Made by a program: the position numbers and the translations under genes
Part shown: in pieces, positions 28,211-38,551 of the stretch
How the letters are laid out: every line of letters begins with the position of its first letter
Position numbering within the stretch: the stretch's first letter is position 1
From: an uncultured Porphyromonas sp.
GTDB taxonomy: Bacteria; Bacteroidota; Bacteroidia; Bacteroidales; Porphyromonadaceae
Reading direction: 5' to 3'
Assembly (NCBI RefSeq): GCF_938039215.1
Contig: NZ_CALHVI010000005.1
Span: 14,095-78,094 of the forward strand
DNA length: 64,000 bases
Notes under the pieces: generated by a model
Database searches by the model: none
Told to the model about the DNA's origin: nothing
The model's input: only the letters and a program-made list of their open reading frames with translations

Positions 28211-30145
28211 TTACTTCTTCTTAGCCCAGTAGATGGGGGTGAAGACCTTATCCTCGCCACCGAGAGCCTTGACAGCAGTCTCGTGTCCCTGCTTGTTGCC
28301 ACTAGCGATATTGCTAGGCAGAGGGATGCGCTGAGGGAAGAAGTCAATGGAGACCGTCTCGAAGTTGCTCGAGGAGAGCTGAGGCATATTGTCCAGAGGC
28401 TTCTCTACAGCAGGTGTTTCGAAGAAGGGGAGGCCAAGGCGACGGAAGTCATTCCAAGTCTCCAGTGGTAGCCAAGGAGTATTGGCGATGAACTTCTGCG
28501 TGATGATCTTCGTTAGATGGTCATTCATAGCCTTGGTATAGAGACGGCTCTTCATCTCTGGGTAGCGGTAGGTATAGTTACCCTTTGCCTTCGTATAGCC
28601 GTCGGTGTACGTCATCTCCACCGTAGCATTGGGCTCTGCGGTATGATCCCAAGCGACGGAGGTACCTACACGGTTGTAGTCGGTAGACGCTAGGTATTCG
28701 CTGACGAAGCCTGCACCGTGGTAGGCGAAGCTTGCCTTCACACCAGCCTCGTAGGCATTCTTAGCGGACATAGGGACATGCCAGCCACGGATGGAAGCTT
28801 CGGCTAGGAGGAAGTACGTCTCCCATTCTGCGAAGAAGATACGCTTGCTCTTGCTGTTGCGGTACTTGTTCGCTAGGCGAGGCATGGTACCGACCTGCAG
28901 CAGGTCATTGATAGCACTGAGCGTACCCCAGGAGCCACTGACCCAAGTGTTCCAAGTGAATCGAGTATCGATCTTCTCGAGCTCCTGATCACTTTCGCCG
29001 ACCTTCTTGAGGCTATACTCTGTCTTCTTAGCTGCATCAGGTGCCCAAGATGGGTAGAAGCAGAATTCAGAGTTGAGCGTATCGCCCGTGATGATGAAGG
29101 TCTTGTAGGCACGAGGGTCGATCGTGTTAGGAAGCCCATCGAAGTAGAAGCCTCGAGAGGGGTCTGTCGTGGTCAGAGGGAAGTGGGACTGGTAGCGAAT
29201 ACCGAGGTAGTTAGCAGCCTTGATGTGCTTCTTGTAGCGCTCTTCGGGGAGCTGCTTCTCTGAAGTGACACCCCCGAGACCGAGCACGAGGTTGTTGTAC
29301 GTCGGAGAGATCATCTGATGATTCCACTGACGGCTCATGACACCTGTGAGGTCATCCCAGCCGTCCTTTTCTTGGATCTCAAGGCGATCACTAGCCTGGA
29401 GGATACCACCAGCGGCAGCTGCTTCCTCGAAGTTCGACTTAGCAATATCTGGGTCTACCTCAGAGAGGCGCATAGCTAGACGCATACGGAGCGAGTTAGC
29501 GAAGGCGCGCCACTTAGCTGCATTGTAGCTGTAGGCATAGTCTAGAGAGGTGACTTGAGACTGATCCGAAGGCTTGGGCGAAGGAGAAGTCTTGAGCGTC
29601 TCGGAGGCTTCCTTCAGCTCCTTGAGCATGAAGGTGTAGGCCTCCTTAGCTCCTACATAGGTAGGATTGTTCCCCAGATAGCCATCGATAGCTACGACAC
29701 CAAACATATCGCAGATCTCAGAGAGCTGGTAGGCACGCCAGATACGAGCTGCTGAGAGGATGGTGCTCTCGAAGGGGCGAGCAGAGCCATCCTTGATGCG
29801 CTCTTCTGCTAGGCGGATAGCTTCATAGAGAGGCTTGAGCCCTTGGGTAGCCGCGCGGCTGTAGTAGTCGCAGCTCCAGCCATCATTGTATCCCCCGAGG
29901 GAGAGACCACCAGAGCGATGCTGGTGTCCCCCTGTCTTCCAGTAGAGGACGAAGGCACGCTCAGCCACGTGAGGATTGAGCTGAGCAGCCATGATCCCAC
30001 GGTTGATGAGGTATTCGGGTAGGACTTGCTCTCTATCGGCTGCCACGGGGTTGTTGTTGACATCATCGAAGTCTCGGCAGGAGGTAGATAGGCTGAGCAT
30101 AGCACAAGAGGCTAGACCCGCCAGGAGCATATTCTTCTTATTCAT
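28211..30145 (-). CDS. SusD/RagB-family outer-membrane lipoprotein
   Basis: Lipobox STSC-RDFDD, KWRAFANSLRMRLAMRLS, FLLAEA, IITQKFIA, WNDFRRLG; downstream of a SusC gene. Confidence 0.92.
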   Translation of the reverse strand: MNKKNMLLAGLASCAMLSLSTSCRDFDDVNNNPVAADREQVLPEYLINRGIMAAQLNPHVAERAFVLYWKTGGHQHRSGGLSLGGYNDGWSCDYYSRAATQGLKPLYEAIRLAEERIKDGSARPFESTILSAARIWRAYQLSEICDMFGVVAIDGYLGNNPTYVGAKEAYTFMLKELKEASETLKTSPSPKPSDQSQVTSLDYAYSYNAAKWRAFANSLRMRLAMRLSEVDPDIAKSNFEEAAAAGGILQASDRLEIQEKDGWDDLTGVMSRQWNHQMISPTYNNLVLGLGGVTSEKQLPEERYKKHIKAANYLGIRYQSHFPLTTTDPSRGFYFDGLPNTIDPRAYKTFIITGDTLNSEFCFYPSWAPDAAKKTEYSLKKVGESDQELEKIDTRFTWNTWVSGSWGTLSAINDLLQVGTMPRLANKYRNSKSKRIFFAEWETYFLLAEASIRGWHVPMSAKNAYEAGVKASFAYHGAGFVSEYLASTDYNRVGTSVAWDHTAEPNATVEMTYTDGYTKAKGNYTYRYPEMKSRLYTKAMNDHLTKIITQKFIANTPWLPLETWNDFRRLGLPFFETPAVEKPLDNMPQLSSSNFETVSIDFFPQRIPLPSNIASGNKQGHETAVKALGGEDKVFTPIYWAKKK

Positions 30146-30168
30146 GATCTATATGCGTATAAGGGCGG

Positions 30169-33100
30169 CTAGAAGCCAAGCGTGATGTTGAAGAGGAAGG
30201 AGCGAGTCGTAGGAGATGAAGCGAATTCATACCCAGTAGCGTTCGATCCAGTAGCGAAGACGGACTCAGGGTCTACACCGTTCATGTAGCTCTTGATCAT
30301 CCAGACATTGTTGCAGGAGAAGCCTAGCTTAGCTCTGGTGATAGGGGTCTTCTTCAGCAGGCTCTGTGGGAGCGTGTAGCTGAGAGCGATGTTGCGCAGA
30401 CGGACGTTGGTAGCATCGAAGATATTGGCTTCGTTGATCCCGAGGTTACCGCTACGCCCAGAGATAGCACCCCAGTAGTCCTCAGGAGTGACTTCGGTCG
30501 TGTTCTTCTCATAGACTTTCTTCCCACCTACGTTCTTCTCGATGGCACCATCGACGACGAACTTCTTACGCCCGTTGACCGCCGTGTTGGCAGACGAACC
30601 GTTGGCTTGGAGGGCGTGGTTCGTCCCAGAGAACATCTTACCGCCAATGCGAGCATCGATGAGGAAGCTCAGGTCAAAGCCTGCGAAGGAGAAGGTGTTG
30701 GTAAGCCCTGCTAGTAGGTCGGGCTGCTGATCACCGAGCTTCTTCCTTTCGCCAGCTATAGGCAGACCGTCGGCATCGGTGATGATCTTACCGTAGAGGG
30801 GGCTTGAGGGATCTTCGACACGCTTGAAGGTCGAGCCCCAGATTTCCCCGTACTTACCACCTTCGCGAGCTAGGATCTGGAAGTTGTCATAGGTACCGAG
30901 GTCGTACTCTGTGACGGGCGAATCCTGTCCGTTGCCTTGGTAGAGCTTGATGATGCGGTTCTCGTTGTGGGAGAGGTTGAGCTGAGCGTTCCACTTGAAG
31001 GCTTCACTGCGGAGGATGTCAGCGTTGATCATGAGTTCGAAGCCCTCGTTCTGGATGTCCCCAGCGTTGATGATCTTCGCATCGTAGCCGCTGGCAGGGT
31101 CCATAGGCAGGCGGATGAGCTGGTTCGTCGCATTGCTACGATACCAAGCGAAGTCGAAGCCCAGACGGTTGTCGAAGAGTCGGAGCTCCAAGCCCACTTC
31201 ACGAGACTTGATGAGCTCGCTGCGGACCTTGTCGCTGTAGAGGGTGTTATCGACATTGGCCATCGTCCCACCGTTGGGATCCTTCTCGATCTTGTAGGTA
31301 CTGTAGAGCTGATAGGGCTCGAGGTCATTACCTACCTGTGCGATCGAAGCTCTGACCTTGGCGAAGGAGATCCACTCGGGGAGCTCGATGTCCTGCTTGC
31401 GTAGGAGGTCGGTGATGACGAGCGAAGAGCTCAGCGAAGGATAGAGGAAGGAGCGGTTGGCCTTAGCTAGTGAGGAAGACCAGTCATTGCGCAGCGTCCC
31501 ATCGACGAAGAAGTAGCCATCCCAGTTGAGCTGCATCGTCCCGTAGAGGGAGTTGATCTTCTTGTGACTGAAGGTCTCTACGTTGTCGGGCTTATTGATC
31601 CCATTGGTCAAGGAGAAGAGGTCAGGGATGATGAGCTGACCGACACTAGCTTTGAGGCCATGGTGTTTGCGCTCCATGAGGTTACCCCCGATAGAGGCAG
31701 ATGCTCCGAGCTTACCGAAGAGGTTATCCTTGTGCGCTGATACGAGGAAGCTGTAGTTATTCTCGTAGAACTTGATCTGCTCCGTCTCGTACTTACCTCC
31801 ACCGCCTACGATAGGAGAGCCCGAGTAGGTCTTACGCTCGATGCGGGTGGAGTACTGGTCAGAGCCAAAGCGGAGCTCGGCATTGAGCCAGTCGGTGATC
31901 TTGTACTTCAGAGCAGCACTGAGTAGGAATCGGTCACGGGTATCGTTGTTGAGGTTATACTTACTTGCCCAGTAGGGGTTCACTTGGCTACCGACACCAT
32001 ACCAGCGCATGGCACCCTGAGGGGTACGAGCGTCTGAGAAGTCTCGGATATCCATACTACGGGGTAGGGAATACATGGTATAGAAGGCATTCGAAGCATT
32101 GCGCCCATTGAGAGGACGGTTCTGCACGAAGGAGCGGATGTACTGCACCTTGGTGTCGGTGCTCCAGCGATCACTGGGGCCGAACTTGGTCGTAGCACGC
32201 AGCGTCATGTTCGTACGCCCGAGCGAAGAGCCTGGGATGTGGCTCTGATTGTCGGTGCGCGTCACGGACGAATAGATCGAGGTGCGATCGTACATCTGAG
32301 AGAAGGCGAGGTTCTCGGTGAGGTCTACCCCTGAGCGGAAGTAGTTGGCGACATTGTCAAAGGCCTGCATGCGAGCCTTCGTGCCGTCCCACTTCGTGTA
32401 CTCTTGTCCTTCGATGCGGGGACCCCAGCTGGTGGAGACATTGTCCTTGTAGGCCCCTTCGGTACCTTGACCGAATTCGCTCTGGAGCTTGGGGCTCATG
32501 AAGAGACGTTCGATACCTACCGAGGAGGAGAAGGTGACACCGAGGCCCTTGTTCTTGCGCCCGCTCTTGGTGATGATCTGGATGACACCATTACCGGCAC
32601 GTGAGCCGTAGAGGGCAGCAGCAGAAGCACCCTTGAGCACGGTCATGCTCTCGATATCGTCGGCATTGATGTCGGAGAGACCGTTACCCATATCGGATGA
32701 GGGGTTCCAGAAGTCGTTGTTGGTAGTACCGGTGGTGTTGTCCAAGGGGACACCGTCGACGACGATCAGAGGCTGGTTGCTCCCTGAGAGCGAGCTACTC
32801 CCACGGAGGACGATCTTGGAGGAGGAGCCGGGGCCGCTGGATCCCTTGATGATCTGGATCCCGGAGACCTTACCGGAGAGAGCGTTGGTGATGTTGGGTT
32901 CGCGTACAGCCATGAGCTGATCGCCCTTGACTTCTTGCATGGCATAGCCTAAGGCTTTACGTTCGCGGCGTATCCCTAGGGCGGTGACGACGACACCACT
33001 GAGCTGGGTAGCTGTGTCCTCTAGTACTACTTCGAGGGCAGCGCCTGTCCAGCGAAGAGTTTGGCTTTTATAGCCGACGCAGGAGATGGTGACTTCGGAT

Positions 33101-33360
33101 CCTAGCTTAATGCCTTTGAGGGAGAAGTGACCCTTAGGATCGGTAAGTACGCCCTTGCCTACGCCCTTGACGAGGACCGAGGCCCCGATGATGGGTTCGC
33201 CCTTGGAGTCCTTGACGGTCCCTGTGAGGGCACTCGTCTGCTGAGCTTGTGCCTCGACTCGAGGAGCCTGTGCTTCCGAAGCGCTGGCCTCAGTAGAGGC
33301 GAATCCAGGTAGCAAACTCCCTAGGAGGAGTAGACTACTGACAGTCTTCATTCGTTTCAT
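30169..33360 (-). CDS. SusC/RagA-family TonB-dependent transporter
   Basis: GEPIIGASV N-domain, PLIVVDGVP, LKGASAAALYGSRAGNGVI plug signature, C-terminal Phe. Confidence 0.96.
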   Translation of the reverse strand: MKRMKTVSSLLLLGSLLPGFASTEASASEAQAPRVEAQAQQTSALTGTVKDSKGEPIIGASVLVKGVGKGVLTDPKGHFSLKGIKLGSEVTISCVGYKSQTLRWTGAALEVVLEDTATQLSGVVVTALGIRRERKALGYAMQEVKGDQLMAVREPNITNALSGKVSGIQIIKGSSGPGSSSKIVLRGSSSLSGSNQPLIVVDGVPLDNTTGTTNNDFWNPSSDMGNGLSDINADDIESMTVLKGASAAALYGSRAGNGVIQIITKSGRKNKGLGVTFSSSVGIERLFMSPKLQSEFGQGTEGAYKDNVSTSWGPRIEGQEYTKWDGTKARMQAFDNVANYFRSGVDLTENLAFSQMYDRTSIYSSVTRTDNQSHIPGSSLGRTNMTLRATTKFGPSDRWSTDTKVQYIRSFVQNRPLNGRNASNAFYTMYSLPRSMDIRDFSDARTPQGAMRWYGVGSQVNPYWASKYNLNNDTRDRFLLSAALKYKITDWLNAELRFGSDQYSTRIERKTYSGSPIVGGGGKYETEQIKFYENNYSFLVSAHKDNLFGKLGASASIGGNLMERKHHGLKASVGQLIIPDLFSLTNGINKPDNVETFSHKKINSLYGTMQLNWDGYFFVDGTLRNDWSSSLAKANRSFLYPSLSSSLVITDLLRKQDIELPEWISFAKVRASIAQVGNDLEPYQLYSTYKIEKDPNGGTMANVDNTLYSDKVRSELIKSREVGLELRLFDNRLGFDFAWYRSNATNQLIRLPMDPASGYDAKIINAGDIQNEGFELMINADILRSEAFKWNAQLNLSHNENRIIKLYQGNGQDSPVTEYDLGTYDNFQILAREGGKYGEIWGSTFKRVEDPSSPLYGKIITDADGLPIAGERKKLGDQQPDLLAGLTNTFSFAGFDLSFLIDARIGGKMFSGTNHALQANGSSANTAVNGRKKFVVDGAIEKNVGGKKVYEKNTTEVTPEDYWGAISGRSGNLGINEANIFDATNVRLRNIALSYTLPQSLLKKTPITRAKLGFSCNNVWMIKSYMNGVDPESVFATGSNATGYEFASSPTTRSFLFNITLGF

Positions 33361-33621
33361 AGGTTTGTATTTAGTTAGTGATAAAGGGGTGTATAAAGGT
33401 AGGTATTTCTTTCACTCAAAGGAGGGGCTAAGTGCCTATCTCTTAAAAATTTATATAAAATAACATTTACACTTCACTTGGGATGAAAAGAAGGCTTTTC
33501 TTTTTCTTTCTTTTTACCTCCGAAGAGTAATATAATGTAGCGAGATAAGTGCCGAGATGTAGTCCGCTCTGGAGTGTCTCCGAGACAATGGCTAGAGCAG
33601 GCTAAGAAGTACACCTATATA

Positions 33622-33669
33622 AATAAGCTCCGAGCAATGTATTCAGCGATACATTGCTCGGTGCTTATT
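33622..33669 (-). terminator. Stem-loop downstream of the phosphoethanolamine transferase
   Basis: AATAAGC-T-CCGAGCAATGTAT / ATACATTGCTCGG-T-GCTTATT. Confidence 0.65.
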
Positions 33670-33726
33670 CTTTGGAGGTGCTATAGAGCACCTGACTCAT
33701 AATCAGGGAGTCCTACTTCCTCAGCG

Positions 33727-35457
33727 CTAGCGGCAGGGGCGGGGAGTGATCTTCAGTCCCTTCTCCTTGAAGAGCCGTAGGTCCTCCTCATGCAGGTCTA
33801 GATCCTCGATGGGCACGCACTCGTAGCGGTCATTGAGGTAGAAGCGTGTCCCCCCACGGAACTTAGAGCTGACGAGCGAATGCTGATCGTCTCGGTAGGG
33901 TGTACGGATGCCTGCTAGCTCCAGCAGGGTATGGAAGACGGCATTGGAGGAGATGGCTTCTCGCTCGTTGGCTCGTGCCGAGGCGAAGAGCTGGGGGTGA
34001 GCCTCTCTCCAGCGGTCTGAGCTCCATAGGAGGAGGGGGATGTGTAGCTGGTAGTAGGAGACATCGGGCGATGAGTGCAAGAAGCGCTCCCGATCATCGT
34101 CGAAGACATCTTCGCCGTGGTCGGAGATATAGAGCATAGATGCTGCTCGGTCGCCAGAGTCCAGCATTTGGATCACCGAGGCGACGAACTTATCCGTCTG
34201 TCGGATCGCATTGTCATAAGCATTGCGGAGCATGAGGCTGTCGGCCTTCGAGCCCGAATAGCGCTGGTTGATGGGGAAGAAGTTCTCTTCCTCGGGGTAG
34301 CGATCACGATAGCTGAAGTGGCTGCCGTAGGTGTGGAGTACGACGAAGAGCTTAGGGTGATCACTGGCGAGCAGGCGACCCAGATAGGGCAGCATATCGG
34401 AGTCGTAGAGTCGGCGCTTGGTCTTGCGGAGCTCCTTGCGTATGGGGTGATGCTCGTCGCCCTGCATGGCGAAGAAATCCACATAGCTGTGGTTCCCTGG
34501 CTGGTTGGTGATGTAGGCGGTGTAGAAGCCTGCTTCACGGAAGGCAGCGAGGATGCCCTTCACCCGTGGCAGTTCGTCTGGGGTAGAAGCGCTGACATGG
34601 GAGAGGATGATGGGGATGCTCTTGTAGGTCGTATTGGACTGGGTGAGCACGTCTGAGAAGGCAATGAGACTGCTCTTGTCCAGACTGTCGAGCCGAGGGG
34701 TCGTGGGGCGAGGATAGCCGTAGAGGCTCCAGCTATGGGCACGGGAGGTCTCGCCGAGGATGAGGACGTAGACCTCACGCTCCTCTGCTGGGCGCTCCGA
34801 CTGGGCACGGAAGGTGAAGTCTTCGCTCGTCTGGTCGTAGTGGAGGACTTGATGAAGCTTCTTCGTCGCCAGATACATATTGTAGAAGACGCTCATGGGA
34901 TAGACCTCTGCCCGCAGGTGTAGATAGGGGAAGCGTCTCTTAGCCCCGATGTAGGTAGGTAGGGCGATGAGGAGGCAGAGGAGGGCGATGAGTCCTGTAC
35001 GTCGGCGGAAGCGAGGGGTGAGGCTTCTGCGGTCACGAGCCGAGAGCCAGGCTAGGACGAAGGTCAGGAGGTAGAGCCCGCCGACACCGATGATGGGCCA
35101 GAGGATGTTGGAGAGTAGCTCTCCAGCTTCGTCGGGCTCTGAGGTGAAGAGATTGAGGATCATGTCCACGGCGACTACCGAGCCACTGAAGATCGTCAGC
35201 AGTACCAGCTGGAAGGCATGCAGGAGGACGAGCACGCCCAGTCCCCAGTAGATGCGTCCTGGTCGCTTAGCGATCAAGAGGAGAAGCATATAGAGGGGGA
35301 GCATCAAGAGGATGTTGAGCACACGGCCGATGGTCGGCTGCTGCATCACGATCGAGAGGATGATGTTCGGCAGGAGGAGGGCCAAGACGAAGATCCAGTA
35401 GTAGAAGCCTTGGCCTAAGGAGCGGATCATACTCCTAAGTCGGTCCCATAGCTGCAT
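33727..35457 (-). CDS. Phosphoethanolamine transferase (EptA family)
   Basis: N-terminal TM helices; LGETSR, SNTT, HTYGSH, YDN and SDHGE motifs. Confidence 0.88.
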   Translation of the reverse strand: MQLWDRLRSMIRSLGQGFYYWIFVLALLLPNIILSIVMQQPTIGRVLNILLMLPLYMLLLLIAKRPGRIYWGLGVLVLLHAFQLVLLTIFSGSVVAVDMILNLFTSEPDEAGELLSNILWPIIGVGGLYLLTFVLAWLSARDRRSLTPRFRRRTGLIALLCLLIALPTYIGAKRRFPYLHLRAEVYPMSVFYNMYLATKKLHQVLHYDQTSEDFTFRAQSERPAEEREVYVLILGETSRAHSWSLYGYPRPTTPRLDSLDKSSLIAFSDVLTQSNTTYKSIPIILSHVSASTPDELPRVKGILAAFREAGFYTAYITNQPGNHSYVDFFAMQGDEHHPIRKELRKTKRRLYDSDMLPYLGRLLASDHPKLFVVLHTYGSHFSYRDRYPEEENFFPINQRYSGSKADSLMLRNAYDNAIRQTDKFVASVIQMLDSGDRAASMLYISDHGEDVFDDDRERFLHSSPDVSYYQLHIPLLLWSSDRWREAHPQLFASARANEREAISSNAVFHTLLELAGIRTPYRDDQHSLVSSKFRGGTRFYLNDRYECVPIEDLDLHEEDLRLFKEKGLKITPRPCR

Positions 35458-35504
35458 GGTGTGTCGGGGTCGAAGTAGTCAGTATCAGGGGCTAATAGAG
35501 AGCC

Positions 35505-35978
35505 TTACTCATGGTGATAAGGCTCGCCACGGAGGATCGTCTGCGCTCGGTAGAGCTGCTCCACGGCGAAGAGGCGCACCATCTGGTGGGAGAAGGTCAT
35601 CTGACTCAGGGAGACTCGGTCATTGGCTCGTGCATAGACCTCATCGGAGAAGCCGTAAGGCCCACCGATGACGAAGATCATCCTACGCTCCCCCGAGACC
35701 ATCACCCGCTCGATGTAGGAGGCGAAGGCCGTGCTAGAGAACTCCCGTCCCCGCTCGTCGAAGAGTACCAGACGATCCGTAGGTGCCACGAGACGAAGGA
35801 TCTCCGCTCCCTCGGCCTGCTTCTGGAGCTCGGGGGAGAGTTTGCTGGAGCGTCGTATGTCGGGGATGATCTGGAGGGTGAAGGGGAGGTAGTGGCGTAG
35901 GCGGTCGGCATAGAGCTTGGTGAGCTCTTCGATATGACGGCTGTCGGTCTTGCCTACGGCTAGGAGCATCAGGTGCAT
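35505..35978 (-). CDS. rlmH: 23S rRNA pseudouridine-1915 N3-methyltransferase
   Basis: AVGK, FVIGGPYG, TFSHQMVRL..EQLYRA, PYHHE. Confidence 0.95.
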   Translation of the reverse strand: MHLMLLAVGKTDSRHIEELTKLYADRLRHYLPFTLQIIPDIRRSSKLSPELQKQAEGAEILRLVAPTDRLVLFDERGREFSSTAFASYIERVMVSGERRMIFVIGGPYGFSDEVYARANDRVSLSQMTFSHQMVRLFAVEQLYRAQTILRGEPYHHE

Positions 35979-36046
35979 CAGCGAGCGTGGGGGATAGAGG
36001 GCCTAGGGGAGATAGAGTCAGATCTTCGAGGGTACACTCAAAGAAG

Positions 36047-36094
36047 ACCCATTAGACTACGCTTTCACTCTGCTGTATGTAGTCTAATGGGTCA
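36047..36094 (-). terminator. Stem-loop after the DUF3127 gene
   Basis: GACCCATTAGACTAC / GTAGTCTAATGGGTC arms. Confidence 0.55.
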
Positions 36095-36128
36095 TACTTG
36101 ACCGAGGGTAGCTCGAGCTACGCTTCGG

Positions 36129-36533
36129 CTAGAAGGGGAGGTCGTCGGCCGCCGTGGGGACTGTCGCTGCGGGTGCAGGAGCAGCAGCGACGGGCTGTGC
36201 TGCTACGGGCGCTCCGAAGCCTGGGGCAGGAGCAGGAGCCGCTACGGGAGCACCAGGGAGCTGGACACCGTTGAGGACATTCCAAGCACGGACATCCGTG
36301 TACCAGCGTCCGTTGAACTCACGACTCTCGATGTCGATCGAGACGGTCACGTCTTGCCCCACCTGCATGGGGAACTTGTCGACATTGTCTCCGAAGAGGT
36401 TGAAGCAGACCTTGCGGGGGTACTGCGTGCCGAGGGTTTCGAGGATGTATTCCTGCTTTTTCCAGGGGTTACCGGCCTTGGAGACTCCTTCTTGAAGGGG
36501 GAGCACTTGGACGATCTTTCCGATTAGTTCCAT
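36129..36533 (-). CDS. DUF3127 OB-fold protein with SSB-like acidic tail
   Basis: WKKQEYILET..YPRKVCF, SREFNGRWYTDVRAW, C-terminal DDLPF. Confidence 0.85.
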   Translation of the reverse strand: MELIGKIVQVLPLQEGVSKAGNPWKKQEYILETLGTQYPRKVCFNLFGDNVDKFPMQVGQDVTVSIDIESREFNGRWYTDVRAWNVLNGVQLPGAPVAAPAPAPGFGAPVAAQPVAAAPAPAATVPTAADDLPF

Positions 36534-36565
36534 CTGTATAGGATCTTATTATTTATGAGTCTGAT

Positions 36566-37555
36566 TTAGCGGGGGCGGAAGCCGATGATGTGGCGGATCT
36601 CTTCTATGGTCTTGGCAGCGGATTCACGGGCCTTCTCGGCACCGATACGAGCCACACGGGAGAGGAGCTCCTTGTCCTCACGGATGTCGAGGATACGCTC
36701 ACGGATAGGGGCGCAGAAGGCATTGATATCTGCGGCGAGCTGCTTCTTCATGTCGCCGTAGCGGATAGCGCAGTCGTTGTAGAGCCCGTCGAAGTGCTGA
36801 TAGACCTCTGGGGCAGAGACGATCTCCATGAGCGTGAAGAGATTCTGGATGGGCTCGGGCTTCTCGCTGTTGGGCTCCGTAGGACCTGCGTCGGTGACGG
36901 CACGCATGACCTTCTTGCTGATGGTCTTCTCGTCGTCGATGAGGTAGATCGCATTGCCTTCGCTCTTACCCATCTTCCCTGAGCCGTCGAGCCCAGGCAC
37001 CTTCAGTGCACGCTCCCCGAGGGAGAAGGACTGAGGTTCGGTGAAGAAGTCCACACCGTAGATCGTGTTGAAGCGACGGGCGAACTTACGTGCCATCTCC
37101 ATATTCTGCTCTTGGTCCTTGCCCACGGGTACCTTGTCGCCCTTGTGCATGAGGATGTCTGCAGCCATGAGAGAGGGATAGGTCAGCAGACCAGCGTTGA
37201 CGTTGTCGGGTTGCTGGCGAGCCTTGTCCTTGAAGGAGGTCGTACGCTCTAGTTCGCCCAGATAGGCGTTCATGTTGAGGTAGAGGTAGAGCTCGAGCAC
37301 CTCACGTACATCACTCTGTACATAGATCGTGGCCTTCTCTGGGTCGATACCGCAGGCCAGATACTCTGCTAGGATCGTGTTGGTACTGCGGATGATATCG
37401 TCGGGATGGGGATGTGTAGTGAGCGAATGCCAGTCAGCGATGAAGAAGAAGCACTTGTACTCCTCTTGCATCTGGATGAAGGCACGTACGGCACCGAAGT
37501 AATTTCCTAGGTGAAGGTTGCCTGTGGGGCGAATACCGCTAACTACTGTTTGCAT
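36566..37555 (-). CDS. trpS: Tryptophan--tRNA ligase
   Basis: SGIRPTG.LHLGNY, YPSLMAADIL, VPVGKDQ, KMGKS. Confidence 0.97.
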   Translation of the reverse strand: MQTVVSGIRPTGNLHLGNYFGAVRAFIQMQEEYKCFFFIADWHSLTTHPHPDDIIRSTNTILAEYLACGIDPEKATIYVQSDVREVLELYLYLNMNAYLGELERTTSFKDKARQQPDNVNAGLLTYPSLMAADILMHKGDKVPVGKDQEQNMEMARKFARRFNTIYGVDFFTEPQSFSLGERALKVPGLDGSGKMGKSEGNAIYLIDDEKTISKKVMRAVTDAGPTEPNSEKPEPIQNLFTLMEIVSAPEVYQHFDGLYNDCAIRYGDMKKQLAADINAFCAPIRERILDIREDKELLSRVARIGAEKARESAAKTIEEIRHIIGFRPR

Positions 37556-37826
37556 CTCGATCTAATATATAAAGGATTATACCACTATCTATTGACTTAC
37601 GAAGATAGGGAATAATTCAGACATGAGCCCCCAGCAAGCGGGCGGGGAAATCGCTCCCAAGGGGCACGGACTCCTCTCCCGTGGAGCTAGCCAGACAGAC
37701 GAGCCTCCGCTAGGAGGCACGGGCTGTGCTCCCTCACTCTGCGAACTTCCCGAGATCGTCTCGCTCCGATCGATAGCTTAGCTCCTAGCTCGTCACCCTC
37801 GCTGCCTAGGAGCCGGCTTCTCCCGA

Positions 37827-38108
37827 TCAGAAGTAGTGGAGTAGGGAGAAAAGGAGGGAGATGAGCCCTGTAGAGATCAGCAGGGCAGCAGGAGTGATGA
37901 TCCAGGCGCTCTGACCATACTGCCGAGATGCTAGCTGTGCTAGGATGAAGACGATGACCAGAGGAAGGACCACGGAGAGGACGATCATCCCTGGACGATG
38001 CCCCAAGAAGAGGTGGTTCATCATTTGCAGTGAGAGCGAAATGAAGAACGCTAGGAGTGATAAGGAGAAGATCACTATTACTGTGAAGATGGTGGGCCTT
38101 GGGTACAC
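37827..38108 (-). CDS. Small hypothetical membrane protein (about 3 TM)
   Basis: Three hydrophobic segments; TACATTTG box on - at 38225-38232; start uncertain. Confidence 0.5.
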   Translation of the reverse strand: MYPRPTIFTVIVIFSLSLLAFFISLSLQMMNHLFLGHRPGMIVLSVVLPLVIVFILAQLASRQYGQSAWIITPAALLISTGLISLLFSLLHYF

Positions 38109-38343
38109 GAGCTTGATGTGTTATGGCGGGCGTGTGCTTACAGTAAGCGAGCGTCTGTCGGTGATAGGAGGGTTAGGCTCCTGTGTATGGGCTACGGCTT
38201 AGAAGATAGAGGCTATCTCTAGGACAAATGTACGAGTATTTTTCTCGATATGCTACAAGGTGAGATTACTTAAATTTATTAGAATAGAGACGTTTAGCGA
38301 AACCTCTTTTCTTCTGACCCTATTCTCCTAGAGATAGCCACCT

Positions 38344-38410
38344 AGTACCAGTAGCGCCTCCGAAGTGGTAACAGTAGTGCCTCTCAGGAGGAAACAGTAG
38401 TGCCTTCGAG
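38344..38410 (+). repeat. 23-bp-period array, family A (3 units)
   Basis: AGTAG cores at 38350, 38373, 38396; AGTACCAGTAGCGCCTC is identical to 11294-11310. Confidence 0.75.
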
Positions 38411-38551
38411 CCCTTGTCTAGAGACCTCCCAGAGGATGGACGACTGCTCCTCACGGGGGCGGGTAGAGCCACTCGCTGGTATTCCCTTATCTTTGTGGGA
38501 TAGGAGCAAGGCTCCTCCGGCTAGACATACAGCTTCGACAATACCTACACG

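Noticed and set aside
37620..37820. GC-rich stretch with small hairpins upstream of trpS as T-box or ncRNA
   Set aside because: No T-box motif seen and a promoter-like TATCTTCG lies closer to trpS; no recognisable RNA family.
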